From assembly GCA_000708835.1 (NCBI GenBank), contig DF237580.1:7312-50421 (forward strand): a stretch of DNA of 43,110 nt, in the 5' to 3' direction. Numbering within the stretch: the first letter of the stretch is position 1; every line of letters begins with the position of its first letter. Both the position numbers and the translations under genes were made by a program. Below the pieces are notes generated by a model, which saw only the letters and a list, made by a program, of their open reading frames with translations, searched no databases and was not told the DNA's origin. The stretch is from Klebsormidium nitens. Its lineage: Eukaryota > Plantae > Klebsormidiophyceae. Of this stretch, positions 1-12,992 are shown piece by piece.

Positions 1-2013
1 GGAGACTGAGCTATGTTAGTATGTGAAGAACGTGCAACTTCACCATTACCATTCAGTCTTGTCATACCATTACCGAGTAGTCCGTAATTTGCGGCAATTT
101 ATGCGGGCGTGAGTGAGACCTCCCGCGAAAAAATAAGGGATAGAATTACCGCTAATTATCCATGAATAATAAAAATTTTAATTAAGCCTTTACGGGTGCA
201 ATATTGATCCATCTGCTCAGATGTATTGGGTGCAATTTTAGAAGTCTATCTGTGGTACTGCTGAATTGCATGATGGTCTTGCATGTCTCCCTAGATGCTT
301 CACGATTGGGCTTGTTCATTTCAGAGGACGTCGACGTTGATCGGATCCGATCAATATGGCGATCATCCATTTAATTATACGCATGCACGACTCTCTGGAC
401 TCCGGAGTCCGAGCACTTCGAAGCTCCATAGTCCACATGATTTACGTGGTACGTACATTGTTCATGAGCCTTATGGCATGACAAGGCGGTGACAGATAGC
501 TAGGTTCGGCTTAGTGCCATATGCACTAGGCCCAAATTGGGCCAATTGGATCCGTTTGAATTGCCACTTCAATGCTCATAGTCATAGTGTTAACTGCGGG
601 ACTGGAGTCCACAATATATACATTCCGCCAAAACTATGGAGCCATCATTGCAGCATCCGACCACTCAGGCTACAAGAATGTGATCGTTGACATCTTTGCC
701 GCTTATTAAGTGGAAAGCCGAGTGGCTTAAAGTTGGCGGCTGCAGGCAACTACTAATATACATGCTGAATAATTTGATGGACTCAGATCTTGCCTAGAAC
801 ACGTAGTCGATGGCACATTGATACAAGGGATGGGTCGGCCACCAAGCGGCCACCATCGTGACGGTCCACATGCAATGCTTGGCACTATCACTGATGGCTT
901 TCAATATATAACGCTAGCTAGGCAAAACCGCTAGATACGTTTGTATGAGATACAACAATGTGATGAAACAATAAACAGTAAATTGGAGCCGAAGAGGAGG
1001 CCCGGATCCATGATAGATGTGTCCGATGCAAGGCAGATAAAATTTGATTGAGCACACAGGTAATGAATTGACCTTAAGGACGTTCCTTGACTTGGACAAT
1101 CCACATGTTGGACTATCTACCATGCGGTGACGTCGGCAAAAAGACATGTAAAGGAGCTCAAGGATGGCTCAAGAGACAAGTGTCTGAACATATACGGTGA
1201 TATGTTTGGACTGTAGGCGGGGGGCCATGCAAATCTCAAAGGGTCCGGTCACATTCATTGAACACCCTTTCAGATTTGCACTTTACAAACCAGCCCGGCC
1301 CGGCCAATCTGACAGTTGTCTCACATCATCGCCCCCCAAAATAGTCAAAAAGTCCGCTTGACCGTCCACACACAATGAGGGGGCCACTCACTAACCGGAC
1401 GTACACCCTCAACCTTTCCAAACCGAGTAAAACTTGACGGGTTCGGCGAACAAATTGACTCTCGTTGGATGGAAGGTAACCTCAAAGGTTTGAACTTCTT
1501 GAAATGTTCCTGATTAGAGGTGCGGCCGAATCAAGTTTTTAAAATCCGCTTTTTCCGCGGGGTTTTTTTTTTTTCCGGTGTTGTTTCTGAGGTTTCTAAC
1601 ATTTCTGATTTATGATTCTGCTCCAGACCTTGCATGCACACACTTGGTTGACCAGCGACCTTCATGAATCAGCAGATGTTAGTCCCTGACCAGCGAAGTT
1701 CACCAAGTCAGCACATGCCGGTCCCGTACACACAATTGCTTCATTCCACGGGTATATTGTGACTCTTGAAGTGCTACAGGACGAATCGGAGACTTCACAC
1801 CAACGGCCAGGGATGCATCCTTGGATGATGATCTTGCTTGTGGAAAACTGGTCGAAAGTGCAGTAAGAAACGGCTTGTGCTTGCAGGAAGGGTCGCAAAG
1901 TACTTTCTATGGTTCCTCGAAAAGTCAAAAATTGCTATGCCTTCTTGTTATCAAGGCTCCATTTACCAGATTGAAAGGCACGGGCGACCCATTATTGCGC
2001 CGCCGCATACAAA

Positions 2014-5000
2014 TCAGGATGTAGGGGTGAGGCCAACAACACCTGCAACAATTTCAAGTACAACAATCTATCAAACCTCTCGTTTGTAAATGACTTTATC
2101 GGAACTTTTTGTTTTCTTCACAATTCGCTTTGCAACAAACGTGAGCATAGCTTGCAAATCGACGGGATTCAGCAAAATACTTCAACGAGGATTGGAAACG
2201 ACTCGAAGAGGCAGGTCCAAAACCGGCATGCAGTAGGCACGACAAGACAGTCCTGACTCTCAAGAGGGTTGCAACCATTCACCTATTGAACTGCGACCAA
2301 ACGAGTGAATAGAAGCAGGCACACAATATCAACACCCTCCAATAGCTGCAGAGCCACTTCCAACAACCAAAAAAAGTAACGGCAGTGATTTCGCGACATT
2401 GTAAAGACTAGTCCGGCAGCGTAAAGATACAAGTTCATTGTAGGAGAGTGCTTCAGGCGCAGGAAGGTATAATTCTGCGATGCTGATGAATGGCAGCCAT
2501 CTCCGACAATCGCTCGACAGCAACTGAGACAGCTTGCCAGGCGCGCACAAAGAGATCCGCTGGTCAGTAGTAGCACTTTGGCATCGCCTGAAACTTGCTA
2601 AGCTTTCGCTGGTGAGCACGTGAGGTGCTTTACCGCCCCCCTTGTCATGCACTCAGGGGGCATCTCGTATTTGTTAATTAAGACTTTCTGACAGGTTCAG
2701 AAAGGCAGAATGAAGCTCCGCCCCTCTTAAGTGACAAGAGAAATAATGCGAGATGCTCACCGCATGCGAGCCTGCCTCCGGCGTTGCCTGTGGTGGAGCT
2801 CAGCTCGTGGCCGCCTGAAAAGAAACGAAAAATTCGAATATCATTTTACATCTCAAGGAGGACCGAGACTTGACACAAGCAGCTACTCGACACCGGAGAC
2901 AGAATCTGTGGCAGCCATATCAAGAGGAAACGACAAGCTCCAGTGTGGTCCCATTACTGGATACTTCAAAGTGACTTGTTGCGTTCGTTTGTTTTCGTTT
3001 TTGTTTTTGCTTCAACGTCGTGCAACGTTGCTCGGCTTTGCTTTGGAAGACGCCGTTGAAAGGCGTCAGAGTGATGGGCCCGTTCCGGGCTGCGAGATTC
3101 CTGAACAAGAACTAACGCTGCTTCTTTCTCACGAAGAAAAATGGTAACAGAGAGGGTGAACGCTCTTTAAGAGGATACGGTGCTATAGAATCTCAGCAGG
3201 ATCGTGTGCACTCACTCGGGTACGCACAGCCCTGAGAAAGTGGAAAAGAGACAGACGCAAACAAGGATACTATGTAAAGCAGACGGAATGTGGCTTACCC
3301 TTGCCGAGGTCGTCCTTGAGCTCGTGAATAACAAAGGCGCGACCAACGACGGAGTTGGGCCCGCTGAGGGGAATCTGCTTGTCGGTGATATTAATGGTAG
3401 CCACGCCTGATGGAGCGACAGCAGTGGGTGACATCAGTGTTTTGGTGACATTAGGTCAGCAAGGCGTGCACACCTGTCAAACTATACTCTGTGGGGCAAA
3501 CGAAGTGCGTATAGGCGTGTGCGCTGCAGGTTAAAAAATTGCCATGATCAACTGCCACCAAAAGGTTGTAACTTTCACTCGATGACCGTGGCAAAGCAAG
3601 GTGGATTTTTTGGGGCCTTCATAGAGCCCGACAATGGAGTAATGGACTGCTTGGTCTGACTTAACAGCAGAACAGGATCATACAACAAACAAAATAGACC
3701 ATAGACGGAGTACAGGTATCCGGAGGTGCACGTGCCTTATCAATCAGGCAAAGGCGAAAGTGCATGGGTTGCTCATTCCAGACAAACAATTGTACATGTT
3801 TGCAGAACAGAACCGCTTTTTATTTGCTTGTCAGATCTTGATAACCAGAACGAAAAACCAGCGTTCCGTTGCAGCGCTCCCGTGCAGCAAGTCTGCCAAG
3901 TGTCCCAGAATATTAGCCCACTGTGTATCCAGGTGTTGATTCAAGGTTGATTGCGAGGATGGTTTTAGAAAGAGACACACCTTACTCACAGACACACTGG
4001 AAGTACTCATTTGCACAGAAAGAAGCGAGATGTTAAGATAGTACAAAATACAGAAAGGCTTTCAAGCAAAATTGCAGTCTAGGCAGCAGTCCTGAAACTC
4101 AGAAGGAAAAAGAGCTTACAGACCAAGCCAAGCAATAAATGGCCCCGTCTGTAATCTGTAAATGTCCATTGCAGTTGTTGGAAGAAGATATGGTAAATCA
4201 CTACCTTGATCATCAGCAACAACATTGCCAAGATCCCCCGCGTGCCTCTCCTCATCGCCAGGGGCCCCGTGGGTCTTGCCGTTGGGGTTGAAGTGAGGAC
4301 CTGCAAAGAAAATAAATGCTTGTCATCTGAACATACACTGACAAGGTAAGTGGCCAGATGTGCTTTCTACTAAGAAGCTCCTAGTTGTTGATTCGCTGCT
4401 CAGGGGCCCTGGAGCATCGGCCCTGCAAGAAGCACAGTCTCGTTCTGGTGGCGAAGAAGAAACGGAGGGCGACCTTCTGATCCATGCTTCACTAATCTCG
4501 TGCTGACTACACCAACAAGTCAACTTATACAAGGTTGAAAGGCAGTATGCACCACCGAATGATGATTGAGAATGAGCAAAATTTGATTGTCAACAGATTG
4601 AGCTTCGCTGAACGATCGGTGTACGAAGCATGTGCTTCTTGTGCGAACGAGTACACGGTTCAGATCAATCCAGCCAAGCATTGTTGTTGCACTGGAGCAG
4701 ACACTCACCAGTCGAAATGCACCCGTTGGTGGTGTCGCCAAACTGGTGAAGGTGGAAGCCGTGCTCGCCAGGGGCCAGGCCAGTGATCTTCCCCGTCACC
4801 TTCACCGGGCCTGCAGATGTTTCAAAAAAATCCCCTTTGAAAAACCCCCTGATCAACCTACATGACGGCAGTGTTTTCAGTGCTTCCAGTATGCGGATGT
4901 TTATGTCTACTGCGGTTGACGAGCCTTGGAGATTTGACACCAGCATTAAACAGTAATACTTTCAAGGGTTTCCCTTCTTCTTTGTGTCTACAGCGTGCGC

Positions 5001-5982
5001 GCTGCTCTTTCTGGCCACTTCCTTATTCAAAAGACAAACAATGCAGCAAGCACCGTTTTCCAACAACAATGGGATCGGCGTTGATACATGTGTGAATAAT
5101 CTCTGCATAATGCTGAGGCTGCATGACCTTCCTGATCAAGATGGATTGGCCAGATTCTCATCCGCTCCAACTTCTCCCCTCCCCTTCCCCTCCCCCTCCC
5201 CTCCACCTCCCCGTACTGGGTCACATCAGTGACACAATTCGCCATACCGCTGTTTCATATGGCCCAACAGCTTGGTTCGAGGACAAAAGGGAATGCTGCC
5301 AGAAATTCTAGTCCATGGAAACAACAAAAACCTTTGGGGACAAAATTCTAAAGCGCCATCAAAGGCAAGCTGTTTCACATCCACCTGCTCAGCAAGACAT
5401 CGACCTGCTCAGCAGCAAGATATATTTCTGGAAGACCAGATTGCACATCGATCGACTCAACAGGAGAAAGCGTCCAGCACTAGTCTGCTTGATCAAAATG
5501 ATCCGTTCCCAGGATGAGACTATCCAGAAGCAGTCGGCAGCGCAATACTGCAGCTTATCCAAAAACTATTCTCACTCACTGTATCCAAACTGACAACATT
5601 GATCATCATATACAGAGAAATTTTGTTGAAAATGCAGCAAGGAAGGGTGGTATGGATGCATGCAGGCAATCTGTTATGCCACATTCCACTCCCGCATTCC
5701 AGCATTACCAGAAGCGCCAGCGTCTATTCACTCACCGTCATCCTCCTGCTCCAGCGTGATGGTCCCAGTGACCTTGCTCTCTCCCTTCAGCACTGCAACG
5801 GCCTTCTTCAATGCTGCGCTGATGACCAATTCCCTCCTGTAGGAAACCTTGTGAGCGGGCTTGGCGCAGATGGCATGCCCTAGGAAGGAGCTTTGCACCT
5901 GGGTGGAGGGCAGCACGGACTTGAATGAACTGCTCAGGGAGGCGCTGGCCAGGGCGGAGGAGGCGATGCAAGCGGAAGCCAT
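2014..5982 (-). CDS. CSD2: Chloroplast Cu/Zn superoxide dismutase (CSD2-like), 6 exons: 5982-5736, 4810-4709, 4300-4205, 3406-3299, 2814-2761, 2042-2014; 636 nt = 211 aa
   Basis: All junctions are GT-AG and keep frame. Ser/Ala-rich transit peptide ([19 protein letters not shown]...), then [85 protein letters not shown]. These are the canonical Cu/Zn-SOD metal-ligand motifs and the plastid-type C-terminus. Confidence 0.96.
5174..5212. repeat. C-rich low-complexity tract (G-run tract on the SOD sense strand) in SOD intron 1
   Basis: ctcccctccccttcccctccccctcccctccacctcccc seen directly; it has more than four G3+ runs on the minus strand. Confidence 0.7.
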
Positions 5983-6560
5983 GGCTGCAGCAGCGCTTAT
6001 GGAAGGTGGTTAGGCGAATGTAAGAAAGTCTATGAATTTCACGAAGCAGGTTGAATTGCAGGCTGTTGATATGTTGATCAGTGAAATGTGAATCTCTCCA
6101 AAATGTGGTGTGCATGGCAGCCATCATCACAGCCTACAGGGTCATGACCCCGATTCAGGAAGGTTCTGCTGGCGGGTACTCTCATAACCTCTCTGCTTAT
6201 GACAATGATATTCCTGAATATGAGAAGATTAATTTACTGTTATAATATCTGTATTCATTTCTGGTGCAGAGAGAGGAATGGTATTGGCGAACCGCGTTTA
6301 CGAGCATAGGGCACTGAGTTGGCTTCTACCTAAAGTGGGTACTTCGACCCTGGGGGAAGATATTTGAGAGAACAGCCTCAGAGAAGAGACGTTTTCAGCA
6401 TTGCGGATTCTGCACGTCCCTTCTCTTCCACTGCCAGATTGCCTTTCCTCGCCCTTTGAACGCCCTCAACCAGCTTTGCATCTGTCTTCCGTTGGTCACC
6501 GTCGTTGCGTAAATTGCTGTCACCTGCGAAAGCAAGCTCTCTGACCTGCCCACTCGTGTG
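5983..6560. promoter_or_regulatory. Shared divergent promoter/5'UTR interval between the SOD and CCS start codons (578 bp)
   Basis: Positional only: ATGs at 5982 (-) and 6561 (+) face away from each other. No specific cis-element is supported. Confidence 0.5.
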
Positions 6561-9500
6561 ATGGCCTCCGCACTGCGCTGTTCCACAACTCTTGCAGCAG
6601 CCACCATCGCTGCAGCATCGGTTCAGACAACAAATACGCATCAAGCTAGAAATCAGTCTCTAGCCGTCTCTTCTGGTCCGTCCAATCCCTCAGCAGCTGG
6701 CCCATTGCTCGGGGGGCTGTCCAAAGACTTTACTGAGAGCCACAGAGGAGCAGCAGGCGCGTCCACATCAGACAGGTTTATTTCAGTCATGAGTGGGGTC
6801 AGAGCAGGAATCCCATCTCGGATGGTCCGGGCTGAGGCGGCAACTGCGGAGGTAAGCCAAGCAGCGGTTTCGCCCTTGTCGCTGTTTAGATTGTTCGGAA
6901 CACCACGAAATTACATAGTCTATCAGAAGATTTTTGTGATAGGGGGCAGAGTGTCCAGACAAGACATTGTATCTTGGAAGATGAACTTAAGTGCAGAAGC
7001 GCCACATCGATTGGCTAAGGAGTTGCGGCTATTGCTCTGGATAGCTTGACTGATCACCTGCATGGGTTGACCTTCTGCAGAATCTGGAGGGGAACTTGGC
7101 GACACTTTTAGATCGTCCGTAGGACAGTAGTGTATAAGCCGTTGTTTGCAATCTGTACTGCACCCCTGCTTAGGACTATCTCTTAAAGATTGAACCTTGT
7201 GTACTGTGCAGGCAAGCGCTGAAGCTGCACCGGAGTTAGTGGTAAGCGGCAAACTATGTTTCATGGAAGCTGACTTTCAATTTTTGCTGATTGCTTGGTT
7301 GATTTCGTTGGTCTGGTGTTTTGATCGAACAAGGGTCTTGTGCAAAAATACCCCCGCGTCAGAACACGCTTGCAGTGGACATGCCCATTGAAGGTCGCCC
7401 CGTGAACTTCTGCAATGAGAATGATTTTCAGGATGTGCATCTCAGTTGCCCAGTCTGCACCCCGCGCTTCTGTGTAACACTGGCTTGGATGGTATTGTAA
7501 GAACGTGAGACATTTTCATCTGTACATGAAGATAGTCTCAGTGAACCGACTGTCAACCGGTAGAGACTTCTAATGTGCTTCTGGGACAGGTCCCTCTACC
7601 TTCAGAAGAATAGTAGGCCATAAAGTTTACAAAGAAATAAATTGAGTCAATTAATTCACATGTTTTGAGAAGTGTGGGTCTTAGTGGGGCTAGCGTGACA
7701 TACAAGTTTCGCTTTCATGTTATCTTAAGGGCTATGTTGAGTCTCCGCAGTTCCTTTCTGTTTTGCACAAAGTAAAACCTAGATGAGATCGACATGCTCT
7801 GCAAGCGTGCCCGCTCTAAGCCCCCAAACCAAAACCACTGATCGCTTAGGCAGTGACCTGATTCAAGATAGCCGTAACTAATCAAATTCGAATTCACTGC
7901 GTGATATATGAGACCGTGAGTTTTGGTGGGGCCTTGTGTGTACAGACTGAATTCATGGTGGACATGATGTGCGAGGGGTGCGCCACCTCGGTCCGCAACA
8001 AGCTGCACCCACTGCCAGGTAATCCCACGCAGCCCTGCATTTTGTGTGAAGGCCAGTTTACATCACTTTTAGCTTGCGAATCCACTTTCTGATTGAAGAT
8101 GAATTGTAGGCAGAGGAGGCTTACATCTATGTCTCTCTCAAAAATGGAATCTGCTTCGTGCGCTGGAACTGAAGGATGAGAGGAACTGTGTCTAGTAAAG
8201 TTTCCTGGGACTGTCTTTGTAGTCACTAAAAGTTTGGAGAATGGAACAAGCTGCTTCGGCGAGTCACGGAAAACAGCATGTCTTAGTGGGGGGAAGCAAA
8301 AGATTTCGAAGATTGGATTTCGGCTGGTCAGGATCACAAATATAGTTAGTTTGCGTGATGAAATCAAGCGTCTCAAGGCCAAGCGGTAGCGTAAGTAGAT
8401 CTAACAAAAGGCTGTCTTTACAGAGAAGACGCTTCGTAAGAATAATGAGAAGCTTGGAAGTAAATTTGCTCAAAGAAGTTGATTGCTTCGGAAGGGCAAC
8501 GATGAATCGAATCCTTTTTCCCCTGTAGGTTTGGCAACCTGATCGTGGTGTTCTATCGGGCAGCGAACTTGCATTATTTTTGACATGGTCTGCCGTCGAT
8601 TGGCAGGTGTGACTGACATCAGAACGAGCGTGTCGGATCAGACCGTTCGGATCACAGGGACAGAGTCTCTCAAGTCGCTCCAGAAAGCTTTGGAAGAGAC
8701 GGGAAGGGCGAACAGGCTCATTGGCCAAGGATCGCTTGAAGGTAAGATTTGAGCAGTTCAAAGAATCAACGGCTAAGTCTAGATTAGGGGTTTTCAATGA
8801 GCTGTTGCGATCTTCACGACTCATAGCTCCTAACCCTTTTGTCATACAAAGTTTGAGTAGAAGCTTGTCAAATGCAAGCATCTAGTGCCATCTACTACTC
8901 TCTCGCTTGATGTGGCTTCATGTGCTTCAGGACGATCCGACATGTGGTTTGACCCGTCACGTTTTTTCCACATGAGTTGCAATGTGATATTCCTTTTTGA
9001 GTTCCTCGTTCTCGAGTGATGCTAGCGACTAAGTCCAGGAATCTGCGAATTTCCTTTGAACGTTTCGAGGCCGAGCCGAGATCATCAGGGCTCTCACCGT
9101 CTCTCGCTCATTAAGTGGATGCTTAATTTGAGACCGTCGAATCTATTTGCTTTGAGATCGATCAGAGTCCGAGGGTTTATCCCCCGAACCTCTCTTTCCG
9201 GTTGAAATCTTGAGGTTGAAATTCGTCCTTTTCGTTATTCGTCCTTTTCGTTTACGTCAGGATTTCGGAGGGTTGAGATCCTCTTCTCCTCACTCAGAGT
9301 TGTTGAAAAGCCTCCAAAATCATCAAAGACTTGTTTTTTCGAGAGGATTTTGTTGACCACGTCCCTCTAAAGCTCGTTGAGCAGACTGTTCAATCTGGCA
9401 GCGGAGGACCTCACACTCTCACGTCGCAAGCTGCTCTCTCGGGTTTATGAAAGACTTTTCGCACCGTCCGGAAACTCTTTGGAACCTCGAGAAGGGTGTT

Positions 9501-11347
9501 TCGAAGTGGACCGCTCGCAATCAGCTTTCCAAAAAGTTGTTTCGCAGAGTGCAAGACTTTGGGGCTGTGGCGGAGCCAAGGGCGCTCACCGTCTCTGCTC
9601 AATGAATGTCAAAGGGGCCTAGACACCGAGCACAAGACTGTCAATTTGATGCTCATTCAAAAGGACTTTTTGCGTTCTGATTGTGTTCTGCAGACCCTGC
9701 ACTGCGGCGTTGATGGGCAGACTCAGCGTCCCTTACTGCTCCTGCTCACAGGTCTGCAGGGAAGATTTGCAGAGCAGTCAGTATGTCGAGTCCAACCTTT
9801 CTGGGACCGGTTCGCAACCCTCTGAGTCTCGATTTGCGAAGTTCAATCGATCGTGGCGGCAGAGTAGGAATCAGCCGACTTCCTCGCGGCTGCTCACGGA
9901 CTTGCCTGGTGTCAGCAAAGCCGCACTTACGTCCGGAGAACGATTCTGGAAGCTCTCGTAGTCGCCCAGATTCCGTCGCGAATTCCGTTCTGATCCCGTT
10001 TCCGCAAAGTTTGAGATTTCCGCAGCAGTGGCGGAATCCAAGGGCCCGGTCGTAATGGGCGTCCTCCACATTGCGCAAGTCACCGAGGACACTGCCCGCG
10101 TGGAAGGGCAGTTTGACCGGAATCCTGCTGACTTTGTTCTGATTCCGTTTCGGCAGAGTTTCAGATTTCCGCGGCGGTGGCGGAATCCAAGGGCCCGGTC
10201 GTGAGGGGCGTCCTCCGGATCGCGCACGTCACCAAGGACACTGCGCCGGTGGAAGAGCAGTTCGACCGGATTCCGGCTGAATTTTGCTTTCTTTAAAGTT
10301 CCGATTCCGTTTCCGCAGAGTTTGAGATTTCCGCGGCAGTAGCGGAATCCAAGGGCCCGGTTGTGATGGGCGTCCTCCGCATTGCGCAAGTCACCAGGAC
10401 ACGGCCCCGGTGGAAGGGCAGTTCGACCGGACTGCGGCTGACTTTTATCTCTTTAAATTTTCTGAATCCGTTTTCCGCAGAGTTTGAGATTTCTGCGGCG
10501 GTGGCGGAATTCAAGGGCCCCGTCGTAATGGGCGTCCTTCGCATCGCGCAAGTCACCAAGGACACTGCCCGGGTAGAGGGCCAGTTCGACGGACTTAAAC
10601 CGGGCCCGCACGCCGTCTTCCTGAACCAGTACGGGGACCTGACCCGGGGGGCGGCCAGCACCGGGGGTATTTACATCGACGAGGTGGGTGCAAGTCCTCG
10701 GGTTGGTGTTTAGCCCCTTCGAAGTTGTCTATGGCTTTCGGTCTGTGTGTTGCTTTAAAAAGGGTTCGACCTTGTGTTGGTTTCATTGGGGGTGAGAACG
10801 CCCTGGTGAACAAAGACGGCTCCTTTCATAGCCCGACGCCGGTCGATTCTTGAGTACCCTTTTGAAGTGCGTGTTGGTTTCATTGGGGGTGAGAAGCTTC
10901 TCTTGTGAACAAAGACAGCTCCTTTCATAGGCCGACGCCAGTGCAGTTCTTAAATGCGCCTTGAAGTGTGTTTGTGCTTGGCCAAGCCAACGATGCCTCA
11001 CAGGAAATACGCAAGATAGATTATCAAGCCCTGTACCTCGATCCCAAAGGCTCCAGACCTGGTCAGACAAAACCCACTTTTTGTTGCAGGGGCGGGAAGC
11101 GGGGTTCCTGGGAATTGCCAATGCTGACGAAACCGGCCATGCGGAGCTTCCAACGGCGGTGGTCCAACTACGAGTGTACGATCTGATTGGGAGGGCTCTG
11201 GTGATCTCAGAAAGTGATAAGGTTTCCACGGAAAATGCCTTCGCTTCGGTGGTCGCAAGGAGTGCAGGCGTGGGGCAGAATCTGAAGAATCTGTGCTCGT
11301 GCGATGGCACTGTAATCTGGGAGGCCCAGCAGGACAGGGTATCGTAG
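6561..11347 (+). CDS. CCS: Copper chaperone for superoxide dismutase, plastid-targeted; 6 exons: 6561-6851, 7212-7241, 7946-8018, 8607-8741, 10481-10683, 11090-11347
   Basis: GT-AG junctions in frame. Transit-peptide-like N-terminus; ATX1-like domain I with TEFMVDMMCEGC (MxCxxC); SOD-like domain II (SAAVAEFKGP..GVLRIAQV..ARVEGQFDGLKPGPH...YGDLTRGAASTG; LRVYDLIGRALVI); domain III ARSAGVGQN..LCSCDGTVIWE with CxC. Confidence 0.94.
9985..10480 (+). repeat. Three decayed tandem copies of the acceptor site plus the first ~110 nt of CCS exon 5
   Basis: The unit ttccgcag|agtttgagatttccgcggcggtggcggaatccaagggcccggtcgt...cagttcgaccgga recurs with acceptor positions ~10007 (caa), 10156, 10318 and the real one at 10480. 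Spacing is 149, 162 and 162 bp. Confidence 0.92.
10774..10940. repeat. Intronic direct tandem duplication, ~97-bp period, in CCS intron 5
   Basis: gtgttggtttcattgggggtgagaa...gtgaacaaagac(g/a)gctcctttcatag(c/g)ccgacgcc starts at both 10774 and 10871. Confidence 0.8.
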
Positions 11348-12992
11348 TTGTGGATTAGTGGGAGATTGGTCATCTAGCATCTTGTCGTATAACTTGTTGA
11401 AGCCTTTGGCGGACTCGAGCACCCGATGAACGTTTTTGGACTCGAGTGGGAGAAACGGAATCTGATCAACGAGCCTTCGTGCGGTACACACTGGTTATAC
11501 CAAAGACGTCCAAACGATTCTTTGGACAATCTCGTTAGGCGCGCGCTCATTCAGGATGACTGCATGCTCCCGATTGATAAAGTCAAGTCGATGACATCTT
11601 TTCTTGTCTGTGGTGGGAATCAATGCAATCGTGGCCATGCATGGGCATCTCATGGAATACCCTTTGGTTGCAGATTGAAGCTGTCCGCGGTCGGACCATG
11701 CGCCGCGGGCTAGCTTCGACGCAACTCGCTACGTACAGCATCATGATGTGATCTTAAAGAGGGCGTATTCAGATGCGTCTGAAGTGACGTCACAGAGCGA
11801 CTGCAACAACCAGGATACTGCTTGCCGGTCGCCTAGAATTACCCTGTAACGTTCTTGTCGCGGCGACGCTCGAGAGCCAAAATGTGCTTTGCAGTCGCTG
11901 CGTGCTGACTCAGCTGTTACGCCCCCTTTAAGGCGACCGGACCCGGCCCGCAAATATTGCAGTCAAACATTCAAAGAGATATGCAGTGGTTTATCTGCAT
12001 ATGCGTCTACGCGCGGTACACAGTACGGCGGCTGCACATCGTTGCATGAGGACTTGCGAAGTTGAAAACGCTAGCTAATCGTTTGCAATCGAATCGATCA
12101 TGCACATGCACATGTTAGTGACAGTACATTTGGCGGTATACTCATATAGGTAGCTGCATGGAACGTGCTTTAAGAATTCGAAGTCAAGTTGAAAACTGCA
12201 CTGGATGCAACACAAGCGCGGTGGATCAGGCTTTATCTTTTCACCGTGACTCTGGTTGGATCGGATCTGGAGAAGATAGATAATTTTCTCCTGAGTGTCG
12301 GACTGAGCGCATGCACCCAAGCATGCTGCATGATTGTACGTGCGTGTTATCAGGTTATCTGATCCGCACGCATATTCAAAATAAACCGGCGCGGCTTAAG
12401 GATTTCGGCAACGTCAAGCACTCAACCCCCGAATAAAATCTTCGAATCAACAGATACTCGACTGTGTCACCCATCAAAACTCTGACTTCACGGTCGTCAT
12501 CCATCAATCTGCATGAACGTGCATATCTTTTGGCTGGGCAACGATGCAGGTCTTAACAGTCACTAGCTAGTGGGTCACCTCTCTGACCGTTTATACTCCT
12601 TTTTAGTAAACTCCCTGCCACTTTCTGTCTCATTATTCAGTACTTACTAGTCATCCACGACTCGGGCGCAGTAGTACTGTATGTAGCCGTCATATCCAGC
12701 CTCTCTTGCTCCAAAATCACGTTCATCCGTAACCATCACCCTGTAGCCAAAGAAACGTGACAGAAGGTCAGTTAAATATCCGGGTCCGCACATTGCGGGA
12801 GGATTTTTGTATTATATGATATTATTTGAATCGTTTGTGATGTCTTTATATGTCCAGCCATATGGATGAAGGCCTTTGCGGAAGATAAAAGAGTCAGTTC
12901 CTGCTTTGGCTCGTAGTTTCGAGCCAAACTGAGCGTTGTTTGCCGTTGTCATTCAAAAGTGATGGTTTGAGAACCGTCGTATAAGCGGTCAC

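Noticed and set aside
4225-4250. miR398 target site in the SOD HAGDLGN-coding region
   Set aside because: The sequence GCGGGGGATCTTGGCAATGT has too many mismatches to the miR398 complement as I recall it.
3410-4420. Possible echoes beside SOD exons 3 and 4
   Set aside because: Only short patchy matches (caggggccc, ggtgacatta) that I cannot distinguish from chance by eye.
6176-6342. Two GGGTACT motifs (GTAC copper-response cores) in the SOD/CCS intergenic region
   Set aside because: About two GTAC are expected by chance in 578 bp, so there is no enrichment.
9871-10661. Long minus-strand ORFs with internal repeats (for example 9871-10389 and 10293-10661)
   Set aside because: They are antisense shadows of the GC-rich CCS exon-echo array.
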